64,000 nucleotides of DNA from Phreatobacter sp. (GTDB taxonomy: Bacteria; Pseudomonadota; Alphaproteobacteria; Rhizobiales; Phreatobacteraceae), in the NCBI RefSeq assembly GCF_030691135.1, contig NZ_JAUYFA010000058.1:1620-65619 (forward strand). The letters are read 5' to 3'. Of this stretch, positions 36,495 through 46,534 are shown piece by piece. How positions within the stretch are numbered: position 1 is the stretch's first letter; each line of letters begins with the position of its first letter. A program made the position numbers and the translations under genes. The notes beneath the pieces were generated by a model, which worked only from the letters and a program-made list of their open reading frames with translations, did not search any database and had not been told where the DNA came from.

Positions 36495-37382
36495 ATGAAC
36501 AGGGCTATCGACATCTCCCGACTGTCGCAGCTGACGGGCGTCAATGTCTCGACCCTGCGCAGTTGGGAAACGCGCCACGCGCTGATCACGCCGTCTCGTT
36601 CGGTCGGCGGTCATCGGCTCTATTCGGCGGAGGATGTCGAGCGGCTCATGCTCGTCAAGGGCCTGATCGACAGTGGGCATCGGCTGTCGGAACTGCGTGG
36701 CCTGACCACCGACGAACTGAAGCAGTTGCAGCCCGCGATCTCCAGCGCTGGTGCCCTCGACCGGGACATGGTCATCAAGCTCGAACGGGCGGTCGACGAC
36801 TGCGACGTCGAAGCCTTCGGCATGCTCCTGCGCTTCGTCTTCGCAGCGTCGCCACCGGCCTTGGCCATCGATGTCTACGGCCATGCGATCCGCTACATCG
36901 GCCAGCGCTGGCAGGAGGGCAGGCTGGGGGTCGGCGGCGAGCACCGGCTTTCGGCCAAGGCGCGCGACGTCGTCACTGCCGCCACCAGCGCATTGGCGCC
37001 CGCAGCGCACCGGCGGCCGATCGCCTTCGCGACGCTCGGCGACGAACGTCATGAACTCGGCCTTCTCGCCGGAGCCTATCTCGCCGCATCGCTCGGCCAT
37101 CGCATGATCTATTTCGGCGCGGGGATGCCGGCGAGAGAACTCGCGGCCGATGTGGCCGGGTCCCAGGCGGCGCTTCTCGTCGTCAGTGCGGTGCACAGCG
37201 TCCCCGGCGGTTCCCTCCAGCACGATCTTGTTTGGCTCGACCGCGGCCTGCCCGAGGAGATTCCCATCTGGATCGGCGCCCATGAGGCGACCCTGGCGCA
37301 TCTCGTGGTGCCCTCAAGGATGGTCGTCATGCGCGACTATGCCGAGTTCCGTCGCCGTCTCAGCATGGCCTTCGAGTCCTGA
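36495..37382 (+). CDS. MerR-family, cobalamin-binding transcriptional regulator (CarH/LitR-like photoreceptor)
   Basis: MerR HTH TLRSWETRH...RSVGGHRLYS; W-x9-EH motif (WQEGRLGVGGEH); B12 motif ExHxxG (ERHELG); then YFGAGMP and LLVVSAV. Confidence 0.85.
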   Translation: MNRAIDISRLSQLTGVNVSTLRSWETRHALITPSRSVGGHRLYSAEDVERLMLVKGLIDSGHRLSELRGLTTDELKQLQPAISSAGALDRDMVIKLERAVDDCDVEAFGMLLRFVFAASPPALAIDVYGHAIRYIGQRWQEGRLGVGGEHRLSAKARDVVTAATSALAPAAHRRPIAFATLGDERHELGLLAGAYLAASLGHRMIYFGAGMPARELAADVAGSQAALLVVSAVHSVPGGSLQHDLVWLDRGLPEEIPIWIGAHEATLAHLVVPSRMVVMRDYAEFRRRLSMAFES

Positions 37383-37461
37383 CGCCGGTCACACGGCGAC
37401 CGGCGTCACCTCGACCACATGGCGCGCGTCGGCATCGCCCGGCCGGGGTCGCCGTGCCGAC

Positions 37462-38283
37462 CTAGTCGGGCAGATCGTCGCCCTCGGCGCGGCGCAGGTC
37501 GAAGGAAAAGACCCGGGTGGCCGATTCTCCCCGCAGGAAGCCGATGCCGAAGGCTTTCCACCGGACGTTGCGCACCTGACCGGCCGAGAACGTCATGACG
37601 GCCTGTCCGGCGAGCGCCTCGTTCGAGAGCAGCGCCCCGCGGATGATCGCCTCGAGCTTTTCGGACAGGCTCTCGACCAGTCCGAAGACGTTCTGGCGGA
37701 TCACCATCCGCTTGTCCCGCACGTTGAGGCATTTCAGGAAGGCGGGGTTGCAGTTGAGGACCGTGCCGTCGCGGGCGAGGACGACCATGCAACTGGTGGA
37801 TTCGGCGATCAGCGTATCGAGGCTGGTTCGCAGCGCGCCCACCATCGCGGCCTGCCGTCTTTCCTTCTCGCACTTGCGGTAGAGACCCACCACGACCGGG
37901 TGTCCGGACAGCCATTTCAGGACGCAGACCGATTCGATCTCGCTGTCGGCGTGGTCGAGGTCGTCGAAGCGGAAATGATCGGGACCGGCACTGCCGGTGT
38001 CGATGGCCTGCTTCAGATGGGCGCGGAACTTGGCCGCATCCTCGTCGTGGGCCTGCTTGAGCAGGTCGGAGAGCGTCGCCTTGATGACGATGGTCCGATT
38101 GTTCGCATCGACGGTGTCCCAACGGACCCGTTCGGTCTTCAGGTCGATGGACCAGCTGTGAATACCCAGCCGCTTGAGCAGTTCGCTGTGGCGCGGCGCT
38201 TCGGCCGGTTCATCGGGCAACGGCGGCGGCGCGGCGTTCCCAGGACGTCCTAGGATGGCGGTCGGAGACAGAAGCAGGGACAT
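37462..38283 (-). CDS. PAS-domain protein with no output domain
   Basis: GIHSWSIDLKTERVRW...HDEDAAKF (PAS_3-like) and CMVVLARDGTVLNCNPAFLK (PAS). GGGAGGG RBS before ATG 38283. Confidence 0.7.
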   Translation of the reverse strand: MSLLLSPTAILGRPGNAAPPPLPDEPAEAPRHSELLKRLGIHSWSIDLKTERVRWDTVDANNRTIVIKATLSDLLKQAHDEDAAKFRAHLKQAIDTGSAGPDHFRFDDLDHADSEIESVCVLKWLSGHPVVVGLYRKCEKERRQAAMVGALRTSLDTLIAESTSCMVVLARDGTVLNCNPAFLKCLNVRDKRMVIRQNVFGLVESLSEKLEAIIRGALLSNEALAGQAVMTFSAGQVRNVRWKAFGIGFLRGESATRVFSFDLRRAEGDDLPD

Positions 38284-38404
38284 GGCAAGACCCTCCCTTC
38301 GACGCGATCCTCGCAAAAATCCATAAAACAAACGAGAAAATAGAAGGAAAATGAGGATGTAACGCGATGTCGACCAGCGGGTTAACGGCGACGCCGGCGC
38401 TGGT

Positions 38405-39286
38405 TCAGGCCCCCAGCGGTTTGACGTCCACCGCTACCGCGATGTCATGGTCGCCGGCCGCGATGACCACGCCGCCGTTCGGTGCGACATCGACGAAATC
38501 GCGCCCGATGGCGAGCACGATATGGTCCTCGCCGACGATCAGGCCGTTGGTCGGGTCGAGCCCCCACCATCCCAGTTCAGGTCCGCACCAGAGCGACACC
38601 CAGGCATGCGTCGCATCGGCACCCTCGAGGCGCGGCCTGCCGGCGGGCGGGATGGTGCGCAGGAAGCCCGAGACATAGGCCGCGGGCAGGCCGAGCCCGC
38701 GCAGCCCCGAGATCATGATGTGGGTAAAGTCCTGGCAGACCCCGCGCCGCATGGCGAAGGCCTTGGCGGCCGGCGTCGAGGTGTCCGTCGTCCCCGGCGC
38801 ATATTTGAAATCGCCCTGGATCCGTTTGGCGAGGTCGAAGGCGGCTTCGAGAACCGGGCGGCCCGGCGGAAACGACGCGCTGGCATAGGCGCGGATCATC
38901 GGGTCGCGCGGCACATAGGTCGACGGGAACAGTGCATGGACCGGTGATGAAGGCGACATGTCGGCGCTGGCGAAGGCGGTCTCGCGCACCCGCTCCCAGG
39001 GCGGGTCCATGCCGGGCAGCGGCCGGCTCGTCCCCGCCACCGTGATGTCTGCCCGCATTTCGATCGACAGGGTCCGGTGCGGGCGATCGAAATCGAGGAA
39101 GATGCGCCGGTTGCCGAAGAAGTCCCTGTCGTCACGCCGCATGGCCGGGCTCGGCGTGATGGCGATGTCGCAGCGCGAGACCTGCTGGCCCGGGCGGTCG
39201 ACCGGCATGATGCGCAGCACGTGCTGGGCGAACACCACCGGCCGCGCATAGCTGTAATCGGTGACCTGGCGGACCTGGTAGCGCAT
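38405..39286 (-). CDS. Transglutaminase family protein (Bact_transglu_N + core)
   Basis: Intact catalytic triad motifs GVCQDFTH, ATHAW and GLDPTN; GRDFVDVAP. Confidence 0.93.
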   Translation of the reverse strand: MRYQVRQVTDYSYARPVVFAQHVLRIMPVDRPGQQVSRCDIAITPSPAMRRDDRDFFGNRRIFLDFDRPHRTLSIEMRADITVAGTSRPLPGMDPPWERVRETAFASADMSPSSPVHALFPSTYVPRDPMIRAYASASFPPGRPVLEAAFDLAKRIQGDFKYAPGTTDTSTPAAKAFAMRRGVCQDFTHIMISGLRGLGLPAAYVSGFLRTIPPAGRPRLEGADATHAWVSLWCGPELGWWGLDPTNGLIVGEDHIVLAIGRDFVDVAPNGGVVIAAGDHDIAVAVDVKPLGA

Positions 39287-41787
39287 CAGAACAGATCGCT
39301 GGTTGCGGGACCGACGGGGTTCGCCCCGTCGCGATGCGTGAAGTAGCGCTCGGAAACCTCGTCGGAAATCGCCATCAGCCGCTGCTCGATGGCGAGGATC
39401 TGGCGGCTGTCGAGCGTATGGGCATCCGCCGTCTGCAGGTCGACCCGCGTCCGGGCGATCAGCTTCTCCGGCACGTTCAGCCGTCCGTCAGCGGCATGGT
39501 CGGGCAGGTGGGCGAGATGGTCGGCGATCCGCTCCACCTGGAAGGCGACGGAGCGCGGATTGTTGGGGTCGAGCACGATGAGGTCGAGGACGGGCGCGCG
39601 CGCGGCGATCATCACGTAGCGGCGGCGATAGGTGATCTGGCTGTCGGCCAGCGCCAGCAGCAGATCGAGCCCCGCCGTCCCTGAGCGCGCATCGCCGAAA
39701 TTGCGTCCGAACCGGCAGATGGCCAGTGCCCTCTCGATCCGCTTGCCGATCTTCAGGAAGCGCCAGCCGATGAGCTGGTTCATGTTCTCCTGGGTGAGGC
39801 CCGAGAAGACGGCGGCCAGCCGCAGCCCGGTCTCGACCCGGTCGAGGGCGCCCGTCTCGAGGCGCTTGTCACCTTCGGCGAGGTGGACCATGTCGTTGAT
39901 GGTCTTCCAGGCGTCGGGTGAGAACCGGTCGCGGATGACGGAGGCGGCATTGTGCGCCGATCGCGACAGCGACAGGAGCCCGCCCGGTGTGCGTCCATGC
40001 AGGACCGCCGCGGCGACGGCCTGCGGCTCGGTGAGCACCGTATCCTTCGGCAGGGCCTCCCATGTGATCAGCAGGTCGACGAGGCGCTTGAGCATGTCGG
40101 GCCCGGTCGTCTCGCCGCTGCCGACCTGGTCGCCAAGCGCCCGCAGCAGGCGCAGCGTCCCCTCCGCCCGCTCCATGTAGCGGGCGAGCCAGAACAGGTT
40201 GTCCGCGGCGCGGCTGGGGAGGGACGAGGTCGAACGCCGGAGCTCGATCTTGTCGGGCGTCGGCAGCAGCGTCGTCTCCGCCACCGGCCCCTCCGCCAGG
40301 ACGCAGACATCGGCCGAGCGGCCGTCGCGCTGCATCGTCACCGCGCGGGCGTCGACCCTGTCGCCGATGCGGCAGAAGCCACCGGGCATCACCTCCCAGC
40401 CGTCACCGACACGGGCCAGGAACAGCCGCAGGATGAACGGGCGGGGCTCCAGATAACCGTCGTTCCAGACCGGCATGGTGGAGAGCTTGACGACCTCCTG
40501 GGCGACGAAGTCGGACCCGCGCAGGCGGATTTCCTCTGCCAGCCGCAAGCGGTGCTCCGGCGACAGGCTGGAGGCCAGGACCGCGCCGTCGTCGAGGAGC
40601 CCGGGAATGGTCTGCGTGAAGGCCGGGGCGATCACGAAGGAATCGAGATCGGCGATGACGGCGCCGCGCTCCAGCGGCTGGCCACACCACCATGTCGCGA
40701 CATGCGGTATGGCGAGGTCGCGGCCGAGGCGCGCGCGGGCGATCGAGGGCAGGAAGGCGAGCAGCGAACGCGCCTCCAGCACCCCTGATCCCAGGGCATT
40801 GGCCAGCGTCACCTTGCCCGATCGGATGGCGTGGACGAGGCCGGCAACGCCGAGCTGCGAGCGCGGATTGAGTTCCAGTGGATCGGCGAAATCGGCGTCG
40901 AGCCGGCGCCATACCATTTCCAGCTTCTTCAGGCCGGAGACCGTGCGGACATAAAGCGTGTCGTCGCGCACCGTGAGATCGGCGCCCTCGGCCAGGAGGA
41001 AGCCGAGATAGCGCGCCAGGAAGGCATGTTCGAAATAGGTCTCGTTGAGCGGCCCTGGCGTCAGCACCGCGACGCGCGAATTCGTCGCCGCCGCATGCGA
41101 CGAGAACTCCGAGCGCAGCGACTGGAAGAAGCCCGCGAGCCGCTCGACCGGCAGGTTTCGGTAGATTTCCGGCAGCGAACGCGCCATGGCGAGCCGGTTC
41201 TGCAGCGCATAACCGGCGCCCGAAGGGGCCTGGGCGCGGTCGCCGAGCACCCACCATCGGCCGTCCGGGCCGCGGCCGACATCGACGGCGTAGTAGAGGA
41301 GGTGCGAACCGCCGCGCGGCGGTGTGCCGACCAGCGGTCGCAGGAAGTCCGGAGATCCGGCGATGGTCGCGCCGGGCACCAGCCCGTCGCGCACGAGATC
41401 GGCCGGGCCGAACAGATCCTTCAGGACGAATTCCAGAAGCTCCGCCCTCTCACGCAGGCCTTTCGAGAGGGCTTTCCACTCGTCGGGAGCGATGACCAGT
41501 GGCAGATGGGCCAGCGGCCAGGCCCTCTCGCCGTTCTTCGGATCGTCGTAGACGCGGTAGAAGACGCCGGAATCACGCATGTAGCGATCGGCGCCGGCGA
41601 ACCGCTTCTCGAGCTCCCGCGGGCCGAGATCGGCGAGGGTGGCGAGCACCGGCTTCCAGTGTTCGCGCGGCTCGCCCTTCGCGTCGAGGATCTCGTCATA
41701 GACGCCGGGCACCGGCTGATAACGCGCCAGCATCGCCAGGATGCGTTCGGCGCGGTGATCGGTCGTGCGTTGGCTCCGGAAGGTCAT
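39286..41787 (-). CDS. Circularly permuted type 2 ATP-grasp protein fused to an alpha-E (DUF403) domain
   Basis: DRAQAPSGAGYALQNR, LTPGPLNETYFEHAFLARYLG, DPLEL, ANALGSG, VMPGGF. Alpha-E ER motifs LFWLARYMERAE and GKRIERA; NPRSVAFQ. Confidence 0.93.
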   Translation of the reverse strand: MTFRSQRTTDHRAERILAMLARYQPVPGVYDEILDAKGEPREHWKPVLATLADLGPRELEKRFAGADRYMRDSGVFYRVYDDPKNGERAWPLAHLPLVIAPDEWKALSKGLRERAELLEFVLKDLFGPADLVRDGLVPGATIAGSPDFLRPLVGTPPRGGSHLLYYAVDVGRGPDGRWWVLGDRAQAPSGAGYALQNRLAMARSLPEIYRNLPVERLAGFFQSLRSEFSSHAAATNSRVAVLTPGPLNETYFEHAFLARYLGFLLAEGADLTVRDDTLYVRTVSGLKKLEMVWRRLDADFADPLELNPRSQLGVAGLVHAIRSGKVTLANALGSGVLEARSLLAFLPSIARARLGRDLAIPHVATWWCGQPLERGAVIADLDSFVIAPAFTQTIPGLLDDGAVLASSLSPEHRLRLAEEIRLRGSDFVAQEVVKLSTMPVWNDGYLEPRPFILRLFLARVGDGWEVMPGGFCRIGDRVDARAVTMQRDGRSADVCVLAEGPVAETTLLPTPDKIELRRSTSSLPSRAADNLFWLARYMERAEGTLRLLRALGDQVGSGETTGPDMLKRLVDLLITWEALPKDTVLTEPQAVAAAVLHGRTPGGLLSLSRSAHNAASVIRDRFSPDAWKTINDMVHLAEGDKRLETGALDRVETGLRLAAVFSGLTQENMNQLIGWRFLKIGKRIERALAICRFGRNFGDARSGTAGLDLLLALADSQITYRRRYVMIAARAPVLDLIVLDPNNPRSVAFQVERIADHLAHLPDHAADGRLNVPEKLIARTRVDLQTADAHTLDSRQILAIEQRLMAISDEVSERYFTHRDGANPVGPATSDLF

Positions 41788-41793
41788 GGTGTG

Positions 41794-44700
41794 TCAATGC
41801 ACCGGCGGACGACGCAGGTCGAGCGTCGCGGGAAACTCTCCCGACCGCTCGCCGCGCGGGGGATCGACGAGGCCTGGCGTATGGCCGTGATCCTGGAACC
41901 GGGCGCGGCGTCGTGCCTCGGCCTCATAGGCATTGACCGGGAACGTGTCGTAGCTGCGCCCGCCGGGATGGGCGACGTGGTAGACGCAGCCGCCCATCGA
42001 GCGGCGGCTCCAGACATCGACGATGTCGAAGGTCAGCGGCGCATGGACCGGAATGGTCGGCTGCAGGCCGGACGGCGGCTGCCAGGCCTTGAAGCGCACG
42101 CCGCCGACGAACTCGCCGCTGCGTCCGGTGGCGGTCAACGGAACCGGGCGGCCGTTGCAGGTCACCGTGTGGCGTTCGGGCTGTAACCCGACCAGCCGCA
42201 CCTGCAGGCGCTCCACGGAGGAATCGACGAAACGCACGGTGCCGCCGATCGCTCCCTCCTCGCCGAGCACATGCCAGGGCTCCAGCGCCTGCCGGATCTC
42301 CATGCGCACGCCGGCATGGTCGACCTGACCGGCGAGCGGGAAGCGGAACTCGAACTGCGCCTCGAACCATGCGGGGTCGAAGGCGTAGCCGGCGCGGCCG
42401 AGATCGCCGAGCACGCCGAGAAAATCCTCCCAGACGAAATGCGGCAGCATGAACCGGTCGTGCAGCGCCGTGCCCCACCGCGCCAGGCCTCCGTCCTGCG
42501 GTTCCTTCCAGAACCAGGCGACGAGGGCGCGGATAAGGAGCTGCTGGGCGAGGCTCATCCGCGGGTCTGGCGGCATTTCAAAGCCACGGAACTCGACGAG
42601 GCCGAGGCGACCCGACGGGCTGTCGGGCGAGAACAGCTTGTCGATGCACAGCTCGGTGCGGTGGGTATTGCCGGTGGAATCCACCAGCAGGTTGCGGAAC
42701 AGGCGGTCGACGAGCCAGGGCGCGGGCGCTGCGCCCTCGCCGGGCTTCGGCACCATCGCCATGGCGATCTCGAGTTCGTACAGCCCGTCGTGGCGGGCCT
42801 CGTCGACGCGCGGCGCCTGGCTCGTCGGGCCGATGAAGAGGCCGGAGAACAGGTAGGAGAGCGACGGATGGCGCTGCCAGTAGAGTACGAGGCTCTTCAG
42901 CAGGTCGGGCCGGCGCAGGAAGGGTGAATCGGCCGGCCGCGCCCCGCCGACGACCACGTGGTTGCCGCCACCGGTGCCGGTGTGACGGCCGTCGACCATG
43001 AATTTTTCGGTGCCGAGACGCGCCAGACGCGCCTCCTCGTAGAGTCCCTGCGTGATCGCGACACATTCGCGCCAGGAGGCGGCGGGGTGGACGTTCACCT
43101 CGATCACGCCGGGATCGGGCGTGACCTTGATGACGTTGAGGCGCGGGTCGGTCGGCGGCGGATAGCCCTCGACATGGACGGTCAGACCCAGTTCCTTGGC
43201 GGTTGCTTCGGTCGCGGCGAGCAGTTCGAGATAGTCCTCCAGCCGCTCGGTCGGCGGCATGAAGACGCAGAGCTTGCCGTCGCGCGGCTCGACCGCCAGC
43301 GCCGTGCGCACCGAATTGTCCTCGGTCAGCACCTGCTCGACCTGGTCGGTCCGCTCGGCCTCCCTTTCGCGCTCGACCGAAACGCGCTGGGTGATCCGCC
43401 CCTCGATGTCGTGGGGATCTGGGAGTTCGGCCGGCACAGTCCAGGGATCGGCGGCGACGACATAGGGATAGGCAGCCGGCGGCACATAGGGCAGGGAGCC
43501 GAGGGGGAGGCGGTAGCCGACCGGACTGTCGCCGGGCACGAGGAAGAGCTTCTCGCGCTTCAGCTTCCACTTCTCCGTCATCCAGTTGGACGTCGCCGGT
43601 GCGGCGTTCCATCGCTGGATCGGCAGAACGAAGCCCGACGGATGGGTCAGGCCACGGGCGAAGACGCGGGCGATCCGGGCACGGGCCTCGGGATCCTCGA
43701 GCTTGGAGTCCAGCGCATCGACATTGACCGGAAGCTCGGCCTCCTTGATCACCCAGTGGGCCGGGTCCTCATAGGCCGGGAGCGCCGCCTCCCCGTCGAG
43801 ACCGAGTTTCTCGGCGATCCCGGCAGCGAGAGCCCCGGCGCCGTCGATCGTCGCAGGCGTCGCCGCCGCCTCGCGGGCGATGAGGGTCTCGTCGCGCCAG
43901 ACCGGCTTGCCGTCGCGGCGCCAGTAGAGGGCGAAGGTCCATCGCGGCAGGCTTTCGCCGGGATACCACTTGCCCTGGCCGTAATGCAGGAAGCCGCCGG
44001 GCGCGAAGGTGTCGCGCAGCCGCCGGATAAGGACGTCGGCGCGCTCCCGCTTCGTCGGACCGACGGCTGCGGTGTTCCACTCCTCGCCCTCGTAATCGTC
44101 GATGGAGATGAAGGTCGGCTCGCCGCCCATGGTCAGACGGACATCTGCAGCCACGAGGTCGGCGTCGACGCGGTCGCCGAGGGCGTCGAGGCGCTGCCAG
44201 GCCTCGTCGGAGAAGGGCGCGGTGACGCGCGGGCGCTCGTCGATGCGGTCGACGCGCATGTCGAAGACGAAAGACACCTCCGCCGGTTCGACGGCCCCGG
44301 ATATCGGGGCTGCGGAACGGTAGTGCGGCGTCGCCGCCAGGGGGATATGTCCCTCGCCGCAGAGAAGGCCGGAGGTCGGATCGAGGCCGACCCAGCCGGC
44401 GCCGGGAATGTAGATCTCGGTCCAGGCGTGGAGGTCGGTGAAGTCCTTCTCCGTGCCGGCCGGCCCGTCGAGCGCCTTGAGGTCTGGCTTCAGCTGGATG
44501 AGGTAGCCCGAGACGAAGCGCGCGGCGAGGCCGAGGCGCCGCGCCAGCTGGACGAGGAGCCAGGCCGAATCGCGGCATGAGCCCGAAGCGTTCTCGAGCG
44601 TTTCGTCCGGCGTCTGGACGCCCGGTTCCATCCTGACGATATAGCGGATGTCCTGTTGCAGCTGCTGGTTGAGGGCGACCAGGAAATCGATGGTCTGCGT

Positions 44701-45114
44701 CGGCCTGCGCGGGATGCCGGCGAGATAGCGCTCGAAATGGGCTTCAGTCGGCTCGATGGCGAGGTACGGCGCCAGTTCCTCGGCGAGAGCCGGCGCATAG
44801 GTGAAGGGGAACGTGTCGGCGTAGCTTTCGATGAAGAAGTCGAAGGGATTGACCACCGCCATGTCGGCGACGAGGTCGACGGTCACCGAGAATTCGGTCG
44901 TCTTCTCGGGGAAGACGAAACGCGCCAGCCAGTTGCCGTGCGGGTCCTGCTGCCAGTTCACGAAATGCTGCTCGGGAACCACCTTGAGCGAGTAGCTGGG
45001 AATGGTGGTGCGGCTGTGCGGCGCGGGTCGCAGGCGGATCACTTGCGGGCCCAGCGTGACCGGACGGTCGTAGAGGTAGCGCGTGACGTGATGCAGCTTT
45101 GCGAGAATGGCCAT
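41794..45114 (-). CDS. Transglutaminase-domain + DUF2126 (putative COOH-NH2 amidoligase) fusion protein
   Basis: N-terminal triad [20 protein letters not shown]; then [68 protein letters not shown]. Confidence 0.93.
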   Translation of the reverse strand: MAILAKLHHVTRYLYDRPVTLGPQVIRLRPAPHSRTTIPSYSLKVVPEQHFVNWQQDPHGNWLARFVFPEKTTEFSVTVDLVADMAVVNPFDFFIESYADTFPFTYAPALAEELAPYLAIEPTEAHFERYLAGIPRRPTQTIDFLVALNQQLQQDIRYIVRMEPGVQTPDETLENASGSCRDSAWLLVQLARRLGLAARFVSGYLIQLKPDLKALDGPAGTEKDFTDLHAWTEIYIPGAGWVGLDPTSGLLCGEGHIPLAATPHYRSAAPISGAVEPAEVSFVFDMRVDRIDERPRVTAPFSDEAWQRLDALGDRVDADLVAADVRLTMGGEPTFISIDDYEGEEWNTAAVGPTKRERADVLIRRLRDTFAPGGFLHYGQGKWYPGESLPRWTFALYWRRDGKPVWRDETLIAREAAATPATIDGAGALAAGIAEKLGLDGEAALPAYEDPAHWVIKEAELPVNVDALDSKLEDPEARARIARVFARGLTHPSGFVLPIQRWNAAPATSNWMTEKWKLKREKLFLVPGDSPVGYRLPLGSLPYVPPAAYPYVVAADPWTVPAELPDPHDIEGRITQRVSVEREREAERTDQVEQVLTEDNSVRTALAVEPRDGKLCVFMPPTERLEDYLELLAATEATAKELGLTVHVEGYPPPTDPRLNVIKVTPDPGVIEVNVHPAASWRECVAITQGLYEEARLARLGTEKFMVDGRHTGTGGGNHVVVGGARPADSPFLRRPDLLKSLVLYWQRHPSLSYLFSGLFIGPTSQAPRVDEARHDGLYELEIAMAMVPKPGEGAAPAPWLVDRLFRNLLVDSTGNTHRTELCIDKLFSPDSPSGRLGLVEFRGFEMPPDPRMSLAQQLLIRALVAWFWKEPQDGGLARWGTALHDRFMLPHFVWEDFLGVLGDLGRAGYAFDPAWFEAQFEFRFPLAGQVDHAGVRMEIRQALEPWHVLGEEGAIGGTVRFVDSSVERLQVRLVGLQPERHTVTCNGRPVPLTATGRSGEFVGGVRFKAWQPPSGLQPTIPVHAPLTFDIVDVWSRRSMGGCVYHVAHPGGRSYDTFPVNAYEAEARRRARFQDHGHTPGLVDPPRGERSGEFPATLDLRRPPVH

Positions 45115-45182
45115 GGTGATGATCGGTAAAGGGTGACGACCGGCCGGTCAAAGGCAGAGATGGGGACGCACGCTGCCGGACA

Positions 45183-45198
45183 AGCAAAGACTGCGCCG
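45183..45198 (-). promoter_or_regulatory. Candidate sigma-54 promoter of the transglutaminase/ATP-grasp operon
   Basis: Minus strand reads CGGCGCAGTCTTTGCT (GG-N10-GC ending in TTGCT), 68 bp before the ATG at 45114. Confidence 0.6.
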
Positions 45199-45265
45199 CC
45201 GTCCTCCCTCCGGAGGGCTTTCCAGCCCCGGCGAAGCGACCCATAACCACGTCCGCTGGAGAACC

Positions 45266-46438
45266 ATGATGCCGCTGACCATCCCGGACGCCAACGACCA
45301 TGCCGACCTCAGGGACGCCGTCCGCGACCTGTGCGGACGCTATGACGACGCCTACTGGCGCGGCATCGACGAGGAGCGCGGCTATCCTGAGGCCTTCACC
45401 GAGGAGCTGACGCGGGCCGGGTGGCTCGCCGCCCTCATCCCGGCCGAATATGGCGGCTCGGGCCTCGGGCTGACGGAAGCCTCCATCATCATGGAGGAGA
45501 TCAACCGTTCCGGCGGCAATTCCGGTGCCGTCCACGGCCAGATGTACAATATGGGCACGATCCTGCGCGGCGGCTCCGATGAGCAGAAGGCGCGCTACCT
45601 GCCCAAGATCGCGGCGGGCGAACTGCGCCTGCAGAGCATGGCCGTGACCGAGCCGACGACCGGCACGGATACGACGAAGCTGAAGACGACGGCGGTCCGC
45701 AAGGGCGACCGCTACGTCATCAATGGCCAGAAGGTCTGGACCAGCCGGGTCCAGCATTCCGATCTCATGGTGCTGCTCGCCCGCACGACACCGATCGACC
45801 AGGTCCGCAAGAAGTCCGACGGCCTGTCGGTGTTCCTCGTCGACCTGCGCGAGGCGATCGGGCGCGGCATGACGGTCCGCCCCATCCGCAACATGGTCAA
45901 CCACGAGACCAACGAGGTCTTCTTCGACGATCTCGAGATCCCGGCCGAGAACCTCATCGGCGAGGAGGGCAGGGGCTTCAAGACGATCCTCTCCGGCCTC
46001 AACGCGGAGCGCACGCTGATCGCCGCCGAATGTATCGGCGACGGCTACTGGTTCATCGAGCGCGCCCGCAAATACGGCTCCGAGCGGATCGTCTTCGACC
46101 GCCCGATCGCGCAGAACCAGGGCATCCAGTTCCCCATCGCACGGGCCTATGTGAACATCCGCGCCGCCGACCTCATGCGCTTTCAGGCCGCCGCCCTCTG
46201 CGATGCCGGCGCGGAATTCGGCGCCGAGGCGAACATGGCCAAGCTGCTGGCGGCGGATGCCTCCTTCGAGGCGGCCAATGCCTGCATCCAGACCCATGGC
46301 GGGTTCGGCTTCGCGGCCGACTATGACATCGAGCGCAAGTTCCGCGAAACGCGGCTCTACCAGGTGGCGCCGATCTCCACCAACCTGATCCTCGCCTATG
46401 TCGGCGAGCATGTGCTCGGCATGCCACGGTCATACTAG
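45266..46438 (+). CDS. Acyl-CoA dehydrogenase family protein
   Basis: IPAEYGGSG, VTEPTTGTD, INGQKVWTS, LNAER, QTHGGFGF, ERKFRETRLYQVAP. Confidence 0.93.
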   Translation: MMPLTIPDANDHADLRDAVRDLCGRYDDAYWRGIDEERGYPEAFTEELTRAGWLAALIPAEYGGSGLGLTEASIIMEEINRSGGNSGAVHGQMYNMGTILRGGSDEQKARYLPKIAAGELRLQSMAVTEPTTGTDTTKLKTTAVRKGDRYVINGQKVWTSRVQHSDLMVLLARTTPIDQVRKKSDGLSVFLVDLREAIGRGMTVRPIRNMVNHETNEVFFDDLEIPAENLIGEEGRGFKTILSGLNAERTLIAAECIGDGYWFIERARKYGSERIVFDRPIAQNQGIQFPIARAYVNIRAADLMRFQAAALCDAGAEFGAEANMAKLLAADASFEAANACIQTHGGFGFAADYDIERKFRETRLYQVAPISTNLILAYVGEHVLGMPRSY

Positions 46439-46534
46439 ACCTGCGCTGAAATGCGCCCGCGGTCGCCCGTTTGGCCTTGACGTGACAGGTGTTTTCCGGC
46501 CTTCGATGGGTGCACACCCTGGCCGGGGACAACC

